This document shows positions 10,591 through 18,151 of a DNA stretch of 64,000 nucleotides, one piece after another. Position numbers and translations under genes: made by a program. The notes beneath the pieces are model-generated. The model searched no databases, was not told the DNA's origin, and was given only the letters and a program-made list of their open reading frames with translations. The stretch spans positions 78-64,077 of the forward strand of contig CAWJDX010000030.1 in NCBI GenBank assembly GCA_963841755.1, in the 5' to 3' direction. The DNA is from an uncultured Candidatus Rokubacteria bacterium. Lineage in GTDB: Bacteria > Methylomirabilota > Methylomirabilia > Rokubacteriales > CSP1-6. Position 1 is the first letter of the stretch. Each line of letters begins with the position of its first letter.

Positions 10591-11037
10591 TTACGCCTTC
10601 TGCGCGGTGAGCAGCTCGGTCATGCGGGTGAAGAACTGGTCGAGCATCATCTTGGTGACGCCGCCCAGCATGCGCTGGCCGACGCTCGCGATGAGCCCGC
10701 CGACCTGCACGTCCGCGTCGTAGCTCACCCGGGTGCCGCCGTCCACGTCGGACATCTGCATGCCCGCGTCGCCGCGGACGAAGCCCGGCCCCCCGCTCCC
10801 CTCCACCGCCATGCGATAGCGGTGGGGCGGCTCGAGGTCGCTCAGCTTGACCTTGCCCTCGAACGTGCCCTTGATCGCGGCGACGCCCACCTTCATGGTG
10901 GCCTTGTACTCGTTCGGCCCGATCGCCTCGAGCTTCTCGCAGCCGGGCAGCGCCTGGGCCAGGATGGCGGGATCCAGGAACGCGGCCCAGACCTTGTCAC
11001 GCGCGGCCGGGATGTCGGCGGAGCCCTCGATCTTCAT
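10591..11037 (-). CDS. coxG: CoxG / SRPBCC-domain protein
   Basis: VWAAFLDPAILAQALPGCE...VGGLIASVGQRML. Confidence 0.88.
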   Translation of the reverse strand: MKIEGSADIPAARDKVWAAFLDPAILAQALPGCEKLEAIGPNEYKATMKVGVAAIKGTFEGKVKLSDLEPPHRYRMAVEGSGGPGFVRGDAGMQMSDVDGGTRVSYDADVQVGGLIASVGQRMLGGVTKMMLDQFFTRMTELLTAQKA

Positions 11038-12233
11038 CTACGCGCCCTGGAGCGAGCGGACCGCGGTGTCCATCCGTCGCAGGCCCTCCTGGATCTTGTC
11101 GAGCGACGTCGCGTACGAGAGGCGGATGTGGGCGTCGGAGCCGAAGTCCACCCCGGCCACCGTGGCGATGCGGGCCTCGTCGAGCAGGAACGCGCAGACG
11201 TCGGCGGAGCCGCGGAGCACGCCGCCCTTGCCGCGCTTGCCGAAGAGCCCGGACACGTTCGGGAAGGCGTAGAACGCGCCCTTCGGCATCACGCAGGTCA
11301 CCCCGGGGATCGCGTTGAGGGCGGGCACGATGAAGCGGCGGCGGCGGTCGAACTCCCCCGCCATCTTGGCGACCTCGTCCTGCGGGCCGCCCAGCGCCTC
11401 GACCGCGGCCCACTGGGCCACCGAGGAGGGGTTGGAGGTCACCTGGCTCTGCACGTCGGTCATCGCGCGGATGATCGGCTTGGGGCCGGCCGCGTAGCCG
11501 ATGCGCCAGCCGGTCATCGCGTACGCCTTCGAGCACGTGTTGACCACGATGGTGCGCGCCTTGATCTCGGGCGAGAGCGAGGCGATCGAGACGTGGCGGC
11601 CCTCGTAGGTGAGCGACTCGTAGCACTCGTCGGAGATCGACCCACAGGTCACGCTCGACCGCGAGCCGGGCCACCTGCGCGAGCGCTTCCGGGGAGAAGA
11701 CCGCGCCGGTCGGGTTCCCCGGGCTGTCGAGCACGATGATCTTCGTGCGGGGCGTGACCGCCGCCCGCAGCGCGGCGGGATCGAGGTCGAACCCGGTCGC
11801 CTCGTGCGTCGGCACCGGCACCGGCACGCCGCCCAGGAGCTGCACCTGCTCCGGGTACGAGACCCAGTAGGGGCTCGGGATCAGCACCTCGTCTCCCGGG
11901 TTCACGAGCGCCATCACGATGTTGTAGAGGGTGTGCTTCGCCCCGCAGGAGACGGTCACCTCGTCCGGCGCGTACTCGAGGCCGTGGTCGCGCTTGAGCT
12001 TCTGGCAGACCGCGGCGCGCAGCTCGGGAACGCCACCCGACCTCGGTGTACTTGGTCTGCCCCGTCTCGAGCGCGCGGATCGCGGCGGCCTTGATCCGCG
12101 CGGGGGTGTCGAAGTCGGGCTCCCCCGCGCCGAAGGAGATCACGTCGATGCCCTGCGCGCGCATGGCACGGGCCTTGGCCTGCATGGCGAGGGTGGGCGA
12201 AGGGGCAAGGGTCTTCATCCGGTCGGCGAGCAT
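11038..12233 (-). CDS. aspC: PLP-dependent class I aspartate aminotransferase; frameshifts near 12045 and 11645
   Basis: [52 protein letters not shown] across three frames. Confidence 0.85.
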
Positions 12234-12244
12234 GGTGTCCTCTC

Positions 12245-12739
12245 TCAGCGGCGGCTAGCGAACTTCTGGGCGAGGCGCTCCTCCACCGCCGGCGGCACCA
12301 TGCCGGTGATGGGAGCGCCCAGCAACGCGACCTCCTTGATGAGGCGCGAGGAGATGTAGGTGTAGCGCTCGTGCGGCATCATGAACACCGTCTCCACGGT
12401 GTGGCGGAGCTTGCGGTTCATGAGCGCCATCTGGAACTCGTACTCGAAGTCGGAGACCGCGCGGAGGCCGCGCACCACGCAGTCGGCGCCCTCGCGGTCC
12501 ACCAGGTCGATCAGGAGACCGTCGAACGAGGTGATGCGCATCCGGCTCATCCCGATGCCGGTCGTGCACTCGTCGATCAGCTCGAGGCGCTCCTTGGCGG
12601 TGAACAGCGGCTCCTTCGAGGGGTTGGCCACCACCGCGACGATCAGCTCGTCGAAGATGCGCAGGCTGCGCTCGATGAGATCGAGATGCCCGTTGTGCAT
12701 GGGATCGAACATCCCCGGGTACACCGCTCGCTTGCCCAC
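12245..12739 (-). CDS. coaD: Phosphopantetheine adenylyltransferase
   Basis: [45 protein letters not shown]. Confidence 0.96.
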   Translation of the reverse strand: MGKRAVYPGMFDPMHNGHLDLIERSLRIFDELIVAVVANPSKEPLFTAKERLELIDECTTGIGMSRMRITSFDGLLIDLVDREGADCVVRGLRAVSDFEYEFQMALMNRKLRHTVETVFMMPHERYTYISSRLIKEVALLGAPITGMVPPAVEERLAQKFASRR

Positions 12740-12784
12740 GCTCTTACCCCCGCCTGGCGATCTGGAAATGTCCGAAAACGCTGA

Positions 12785-13342
12785 TCAGTCTACCCTCGGG
12801 ATCAGGAAAGTCAAGGTCGTGTCCCCGAACCGGCGCGCCTTCCAGAGCGCGAGCGCGCCCGGCGACGGAGGCGGCGGCGCCTTCGTCCGATGCTGGAGCA
12901 CGACCACCGCGCCCGGCAGCAGGACGTCGCCCACCGCCACCGCGTCGAGCGCGGCCGCCGCGCGCGGGGCCTCGTAGGGCGGATCGAGGAAGACGACCGC
13001 GAACCGCTCGCCGCCCGCGGCGAGGTCCGCCACCGCGCGCGCGGCGTCCGCGCGGACCACCCGCGCGCGCTCGCCCAGGCCCAGCCGCTCGACGTTGTCG
13101 CGCAGCGCCCGCAGCGCGGCGCCGTCCTGCTCGACGAAGGTGGCGGACGGCGCGCCCCGCGAGAGGGCCTCGATGCCGACCCCGCCCGCGCCCGCGAACA
13201 GGTCGAGAAAGGGGCCGCGCTCGAGATACGGCATCAGGGTGTCGAGACACGCGATGCGGACCTGGTCCGCGGTCGGGCGCGTGGTACGGCCGCGCGGCGT
13301 GGTGAGACGCTGGCCCTTGAGCGCCCCCGCGAGCACGCGCAT
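12785..13342 (-). CDS. rsmD: 16S rRNA m2G966 methyltransferase
   Basis: MRVLAG..KG..L, TRPTAD, DLFAGAGGVGIEALSRGA, FLDPPY; adjacent to coaD. Confidence 0.94.
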   Translation of the reverse strand: MRVLAGALKGQRLTTPRGRTTRPTADQVRIACLDTLMPYLERGPFLDLFAGAGGVGIEALSRGAPSATFVEQDGAALRALRDNVERLGLGERARVVRADAARAVADLAAGGERFAVVFLDPPYEAPRAAAALDAVAVGDVLLPGAVVVLQHRTKAPPPPSPGALALWKARRFGDTTLTFLIPRVD

Positions 13343-13343
13343 C

Positions 13344-13379
13344 ACCCTCTCCCCGATGGGGAGAGGGCAGGGTGAGGGG
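13344..13379 (-). repeat. BoxC/REP-like palindrome
   Basis: CCCCTCACCCTGCCCTCTCCCC-ATC-GGGGAGAGGG on minus strand; same unit at 59952 and 63295. Confidence 0.8.
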
Positions 13380-13417
13380 CGGGACAGGATGAGGGGCGGT
13401 GAGAGGGTGAGGGGCGG

Positions 13418-13861
13418 TCACGGCGTGGTCTCGGAGGCCCCGACCCGCCGGCCGTCCACCTTCCACTGCCCGCTCTCGCGGAGCAGGGCGTACTCCACGC
13501 GCTCCCATATCGGGCTCTGCTCGGTGCCGCCGCTCGCCTCCACCACGAACACCACCCGCGCGGGGCTCCGCCGGATCCGGAGTACGCGGAAGTCCGAGAA
13601 GCGCGGCTCGGCCGCGCCCTTGGCCTGGGCGTACTCGTCGACGGTCCCCCGCCCCTGCCGGCTCCACGCCGCCTGCACCCGCGTGGAGAGCAGGCTCCAG
13701 CACGGCGCGAAGTGGCGCGTGCGCTCGCACGCCTGGTAGTACTCGAGCACCTGGCGGGCGCGGGCCAGCTCGGCGCTGTCCTGGGCGCGGGCGGGCGCGG
13801 GGGCGGCGCCCACCCCGAGGGCGAGCGCGCAACCCAGCGCGCCCCAGCGGCGGGGCCGCAT
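13418..13861 (-). CDS. Hypothetical exported protein (NTF2-like fold possible)
   Basis: TGATG overlap with recG stop; signal peptide ...APARA-Q; C-terminal YALLRESGQWKVD. Confidence 0.7.
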   Translation of the reverse strand: MRPRRWGALGCALALGVGAAPAPARAQDSAELARARQVLEYYQACERTRHFAPCWSLLSTRVQAAWSRQGRGTVDEYAQAKGAAEPRFSDFRVLRIRRSPARVVFVVEASGGTEQSPIWERVEYALLRESGQWKVDGRRVGASETTP

Positions 13862-16011
13862 CAGCCGACGCCGGCCAGGTCGAGCTTGCCGCGCCAGCGC
13901 TGGAGCAGCGCGGTACGCAGCGCGCGGTGCTCGGGGGCGAGGAGCTGCGGATCGTCGCGGATCAGGGCCACCGCGTCGCGGCGCGCGGCCTCGAGCGCGG
14001 CCGCGTCGCGCAGCAGATCCGCGACGCGGAACTCGGGCAGCCCCGACTGGCGGGTGCCGAAGAAGTCGCCCGGCCCACGCAGCGAGAGATCCGCCTCCGC
14101 GATCTTGAAGCCGTCGCCGGTGGCGGTCATCGCGTCGAGGCGCCGCCGGGCGTCCTCGGACGCGGCCCCCGAGAGCAGGACGCAGTAGCTCTTCCACGGG
14201 CCGCGCCCGACCCGGCCGCGGAGCTGGTGGAGCTGGGAGAGGCCGAAGCGCTCCGCGTGCTCGATGAGCATCACCGAGGCGTTGGGCACGTCGATGCCCA
14301 CCTCGATCACGGTGGTCGAGACCAGGATGTGGATGGCGCCCGCCTTGAACTCGCGCATGACCCGGTCCTTCTCCGCGAAGGCCATGCGCCCGTGGAGCAG
14401 GCCGATCCGGAGATCGGCGAAGACCTCGCCCTGCAGCCGCGCCGCCATCTCGGTGGCCGCGCGCAGGTCCAGGGCCTCCGATTCTTCCACCAGCGGATAG
14501 ACGACGTACACCTGGCGCCCCTCGCTCACCTGCTCGCGCAGGAAGCCGTAGATCTGCCGGCGGGCCGACTCGGTGCGGGCCTTGGTGACCACCGGCTTCC
14601 GGCCCGGCGGCAGCTCGTCGATGACCGAGACCTCGAGGTCGCCGTAGAGGGTGAGCGCGAGCGTGCGCGGGATCGGGGTGGCGGTCATCACGAGCACGTC
14701 CGGGCTCTCGCCCTTGCCCCGGAGGGTCGCGCGCTGGTTCACCCCGAAGCGATGCTGCTCGTCCACCACCGCGAGACCGAGACGCCGGAAGCGCACGTCG
14801 CCCTGCACGAGCGCGTGGGTGCCCACCACGCACTTGATGCTCCCGTCCGCGGTCCCCGCGCCCACCCGCTCGCGGGCCTTGCCCTTCACCGCGTTGGTGA
14901 GGAGCGCCACCTCCACCGCGAGGGGCTCGAGGAGCTGGGTCAGGGTCATCAGGTGCTGCTCGGCCAGGATCTCGGTCGGAGCCATCAGCGCGGTCTGGTA
15001 GCCCGACTCCACCGCGGTGAGGATCGCGAGCGCGGCCACCACCGTCTTGCCCGAGCCCACGTCGCCCTGCAGGAGCCGGTTCATCGGATAGGGCGCGGCC
15101 ATGTCCATCCGGATCTCGCGCCACACCCGCTCCTGCGCGGGCGTGAGCGCGAACGGGAGCGAGGCGAGCAGGCGCCGGGCCAGGGCGCCGGGCGGGTTCA
15201 TGGCCAGGCCCGGCTGCCGCCCCTGGCGGTGCCGGCGGATCGCGAGGCCGAGCTGCAGCAGCAGGAACTCGTCGTAGACGAGCCGCCGCCGCGCGGAGGC
15301 GTAGTCGGCATCCGTCTTGGGGAAGTGGCCGGCGCGCAGGGCCAGGCTCAGCAGCTCCAGGTGGTGGCGCGCGCGCAGGGTGTCCGGCAGCGGGTCGTCG
15401 AGGCCGTCCACGTAGCCGTCGACCAGGCGCTTCATGAGCCGACGCATCGGCCGCGCGGTGAGGCCGCGGGTCAGCCCGTAGACCGGCACGAGGCGACCGG
15501 TGTGCAGGGTCTCGTCGCCGGGCTCGCCCGCGCCGTCCCCGCTCTCGTCCTCCACGATCTCGAAGTCCTTGACCTGCATCTGCAGCGGCCCCGAGCGATA
15601 GCGCTGGACCTTGCCGTGGACGATGAGCCGCTGGCCCCGCTGGAACACGCGCTCGAGGTACGCCTGGCCGAACCACACGCAGGTGAGGAACCCGGTGCCG
15701 TCGCTCAGCAGCGCCGACAGCGGCACCCGCGGCCGCCCGCGCGGGGGCGGGCTGACCGCGCGGATCGTCCCGGACACCGTGGTCACGTCGTTGGGCTTGA
15801 GGCTCCGGAGCGGCGTGAGCTGGCTGCGGTCCTCGTGGCGCGTCGGGAGGTAGTAGAGGGCGTCCTCCACGGTGTGGAGGCCCAGGTTGGCGAGGAGCTT
15901 GGCCCGCTGCGGCCCGATGCCCTTGACGAACTGCAGCGCCGTCGCGAGGGGATGGGCCGCCTCCGGGCCCGCGCGGCGGCCCGCGGCGCCCGTCGACTTA
16001 CTCGGGGGCAA
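13861..16011 (-). CDS. recG: ATP-dependent DNA helicase RecG
   Basis: [56 protein letters not shown]. Confidence 0.97.
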   Translation of the reverse strand: MPPSKSTGAAGRRAGPEAAHPLATALQFVKGIGPQRAKLLANLGLHTVEDALYYLPTRHEDRSQLTPLRSLKPNDVTTVSGTIRAVSPPPRGRPRVPLSALLSDGTGFLTCVWFGQAYLERVFQRGQRLIVHGKVQRYRSGPLQMQVKDFEIVEDESGDGAGEPGDETLHTGRLVPVYGLTRGLTARPMRRLMKRLVDGYVDGLDDPLPDTLRARHHLELLSLALRAGHFPKTDADYASARRRLVYDEFLLLQLGLAIRRHRQGRQPGLAMNPPGALARRLLASLPFALTPAQERVWREIRMDMAAPYPMNRLLQGDVGSGKTVVAALAILTAVESGYQTALMAPTEILAEQHLMTLTQLLEPLAVEVALLTNAVKGKARERVGAGTADGSIKCVVGTHALVQGDVRFRRLGLAVVDEQHRFGVNQRATLRGKGESPDVLVMTATPIPRTLALTLYGDLEVSVIDELPPGRKPVVTKARTESARRQIYGFLREQVSEGRQVYVVYPLVEESEALDLRAATEMAARLQGEVFADLRIGLLHGRMAFAEKDRVMREFKAGAIHILVSTTVIEVGIDVPNASVMLIEHAERFGLSQLHQLRGRVGRGPWKSYCVLLSGAASEDARRRLDAMTATGDGFKIAEADLSLRGPGDFFGTRQSGLPEFRVADLLRDAAALEAARRDAVALIRDDPQLLAPEHRALRTALLQRWRGKLDLAGVG

Positions 16012-16015
16012 CGGT

Positions 16016-16044
16016 TTGCCTCATGCCAGTCGCCATGCTATAAA
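16016..16044 (+). promoter_or_regulatory. sigma70 promoter for rpmB
   Basis: TTGCCT-17-TATAAA with extended TG. Confidence 0.65.
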
Positions 16045-16093
16045 GAAACGCTTCGTCCGGCAAACCACACACACAACTCAGCAGGGGATCAGC

Positions 16094-16285
16094 ATGGCTC
16101 AGCGTTGCGATGTCTGCGGGAAGGGTCCGGCCGTCGGCAACCGCATCAGTCACGCCCACAACGTGACCAAGCGGCGCTGGAACGTCAACCTCGTGTCGAT
16201 GCGGGCACGGGTCAAGGGCAGGGTCGAGCGCATGAAGGTCTGCACGCGCTGCCTCAAAGCGGGCAAGGTCGTCAAGGTCGTCTGA
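16094..16285 (+). CDS. rpmB: 50S ribosomal protein L28 (zinc-ribbon form)
   Basis: [33 protein letters not shown]...VCTRCLK; AGGGG RBS. Confidence 0.96.
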   Translation: MAQRCDVCGKGPAVGNRISHAHNVTKRRWNVNLVSMRARVKGRVERMKVCTRCLKAGKVVKVV

Positions 16286-16297
16286 GGTCCGAGCATG

Positions 16298-16336
16298 AAA
16301 AGGGGACGGGGGGTGTCGCCACCCCCCGCCGTCCTC
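16298..16336 (-). terminator. Intrinsic terminator for the minus-strand AbiEi/microprotein transcript
   Basis: GC-rich stem GGGGGGTG-GCGA-CACCCCCC with flanking GGACGG/CCGTCC, followed by TTTT on the minus strand. Confidence 0.65.
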
Positions 16337-16405
16337 GTGAAGCCTGGCAGTAGCTAGTAAGAGTCCCGGTGGGAGGCCGCCACCCCCCACCGCACGACAA
16401 CAGCG

Positions 16406-16447
16406 TTACTTCTTCTTCTTCTTGGCCGCCTTCTTCTTCTTCGCCAT
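16406..16447 (-). CDS. 13-aa lysine-rich microprotein MAKKKKAAKKKKK
   Basis: ATG..TAA read by hand; AAAGGGGGTGA RBS directly upstream; all Lys codons are AAG. Confidence 0.65.
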   Translation of the reverse strand: MAKKKKAAKKKKK

Positions 16448-16497
16448 GAGGTCGTCACCCCCTTTCCTGAGAAGACTCACAACTCGCGCGCGGCTGA

Positions 16498-16569
16498 CTA
16501 CTTCCGCTTACCCTTCTTGGTGGCCTTCTTCTTGCCACCCTTCTTGACGGCCTTCTTGCGCTTCGGCAT
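16498..16569 (-). CDS. 23-aa lysine-rich microprotein MPKRKKAVKKGGKKKATKKGKRK
   Basis: ATG..TAG read by hand; GGAGGTGA RBS 8 nt upstream; begins 30 nt after the AbiEi-like stop. Confidence 0.7.
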   Translation of the reverse strand: MPKRKKAVKKGGKKKATKKGKRK

Positions 16570-16599
16570 GTGGGGTCTCACCTCCCTCCCCTCTGGGAT

Positions 16600-17646
16600 T
16601 CAGTAGCCCATCGCTTCGCGCCGGAGGTGTGCGGCCTGTTCCCGCCCCCGTCGCTCGTAGTGATAGAGATCGGCGTAGAGCTGCGGCAGGCAGACCACCG
16701 GGAGCCCGCCCTTGGCCATCGGGGCGTAGAAGACGCCCGGATCGTAGGGGGCCAGCAGGTAGACGTTGCCCTCGCCTTCCCCCGGCCGCAGCCCGAGGGC
16801 CTTCGCCACCGGCTCGGGATCGCCCTCGAGGTAGCAGTGGATGGCCGGGAACCGCACGTTGGGCGCCACCAGGGCCGCGCCGGAGTGCAGCGTGAACGCG
16901 TAGCGGCGTCGCGCCTCGTGGGCCGCCCGGCCCAGCTCGGCCACCAGCCCCCGGGTGATCCGCTCCGGCGAGAAGTAGGCCTGCACGTCGCTCTGCCGGT
17001 AGGAGTAGGCCTCGACCCAGGCGTCCAGCAGGTCGCCCGGCCGGGCGAGCTGGATGCGCTGCTGGCCGTTGCGCTCCACCCAGGACAGCTCCTCGAGCCG
17101 CTTGATGACGTTGTGGGCGTGCCCCAGGCTCACCTCCGACGCCTTGGCCAGCTCCTCGAGCCGCCAGGCGTGCTGGGGGTCGACCAGCATGACCCGCACG
17201 ACCCGCGTGGCCCGGGGCGCGAACAGCGACTTGAGCGGCCGGGTGGAGGGGCGCAGGTTCGGCTTCCCCTCCTTCTCGATCAGCACGTTCTCGAAGCTCA
17301 GGTAGCAGTTCCCGGAGAGGTCCAGGTACCCGAGCCCGCTGCGCTTCAGCAGGGCCGCGCTCTGCGGGCTGATGTACGGAGAGACCGCCACCGGGTACGC
17401 CTCGGGCATCTCCCGCCTGATCTCCGAAAGGCGTGTCACCGCCTCCCGGATCTGCCGAGGCTGGCCGAGGGAAGTCACTCCGATCGCGATGGCGTGAGGT
17501 CGATCGCCCATCTTGAATTTGATCAACAAATCAATAGTTTGTGATCCAGACTTCACGTCGACAGACTGCTCCCAGCCGCTGGCCTTGCCCATTAGCTCGC
17601 GCACTCTCTGCGCCGCCAGCATCCTGATATCGTCTGCTTTCGCCAT
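16600..17646 (-). CDS. Type IV toxin-antitoxin AbiEi-family (DUF2186/AbiEi_2-like) antitoxin / wHTH regulator
   Basis: PYISP..AALL...G.GYLDLSGNCYL; central HTH WRLEELAKASEVSLGHAHNVIKRLEE; LLDAW; C-terminal VCLPQLYADLY...RGREQA. Confidence 0.75.
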   Translation of the reverse strand: MAKADDIRMLAAQRVRELMGKASGWEQSVDVKSGSQTIDLLIKFKMGDRPHAIAIGVTSLGQPRQIREAVTRLSEIRREMPEAYPVAVSPYISPQSAALLKRSGLGYLDLSGNCYLSFENVLIEKEGKPNLRPSTRPLKSLFAPRATRVVRVMLVDPQHAWRLEELAKASEVSLGHAHNVIKRLEELSWVERNGQQRIQLARPGDLLDAWVEAYSYRQSDVQAYFSPERITRGLVAELGRAAHEARRRYAFTLHSGAALVAPNVRFPAIHCYLEGDPEPVAKALGLRPGEGEGNVYLLAPYDPGVFYAPMAKGGLPVVCLPQLYADLYHYERRGREQAAHLRREAMGY

Positions 17647-17660
17647 CCCTTCACGTCCAC

Positions 17661-17724
17661 TTTCACTTGTGCCGTCATTTTCAGCGTATGCTGAAACCAT
17701 AGGGACAAATGAAATTCCTGTCAA
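17661..17724 (-). promoter_or_regulatory. sigma70 promoter overlapped by a 25-bp imperfect inverted repeat operator
   Basis: TTGACA-17-TATGGT; arms TTTCATTTGTCCCTATGGTTTCAGC / GCTGAAAATGACGGCACAAGTGAAA (18/25 match, 4-nt spacer) at 17661-17714. Confidence 0.75.
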
Positions 17725-17747
17725 GCAAAAATCTTGCGGATGCGGCG

Positions 17748-18122
17748 CTAGCCCCGCTCCCCGTCGATGCCATCCATGGTCTCGTCGTCGAGGCCGAAGT
17801 AGTGGCCCACCTCGTGGACCACCACGTCGCGGACGAGATCCGCCATCTCCTCGGGGTCGTCGCAGTCCTCCTCGATCGGCCCCTGGTAGATGTGGATGGT
17901 GTCGGGCAGCACGTTGCCGTAGGAGGAGTCCCGGCGGGTGATGTCCACCCCCCGGTAGAGCCCATAGAGGGTATCGGGAGGCTCGATGCCCATCTCGTCG
18001 AGGGTCGCGTCGTCGGCCCAGTCCTCGACCACGACGGCGATGTTGGCGAGCTTGTCGCGGAAGGCGCGGGGCAGGCGGCGGAGGGCGGTGTCGACGAGGG
18101 CTTCGAACTCCCGGCGGGTCAT
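17748..18122 (-). CDS. Zincin-like metallopeptidase (Zincin_1/DUF1025)
   Basis: LYGLYRG, PDTIHIYQGPI, VVVHEVGHYFGLDD. Confidence 0.9.
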   Translation of the reverse strand: MTRREFEALVDTALRRLPRAFRDKLANIAVVVEDWADDATLDEMGIEPPDTLYGLYRGVDITRRDSSYGNVLPDTIHIYQGPIEEDCDDPEEMADLVRDVVVHEVGHYFGLDDETMDGIDGERG

Positions 18123-18151
18123 GCTGACCGCGGGGCGGTCACGGGCGGGCG

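Noticed and set aside
13927-16353. Long antisense and alternative-frame ORFs (for example 808 aa opposite recG, and similar ones throughout)
   Set aside because: These are shadow ORFs expected from high GC and codon bias; they are Arg/Pro/Gly-rich with no recognisable motifs.
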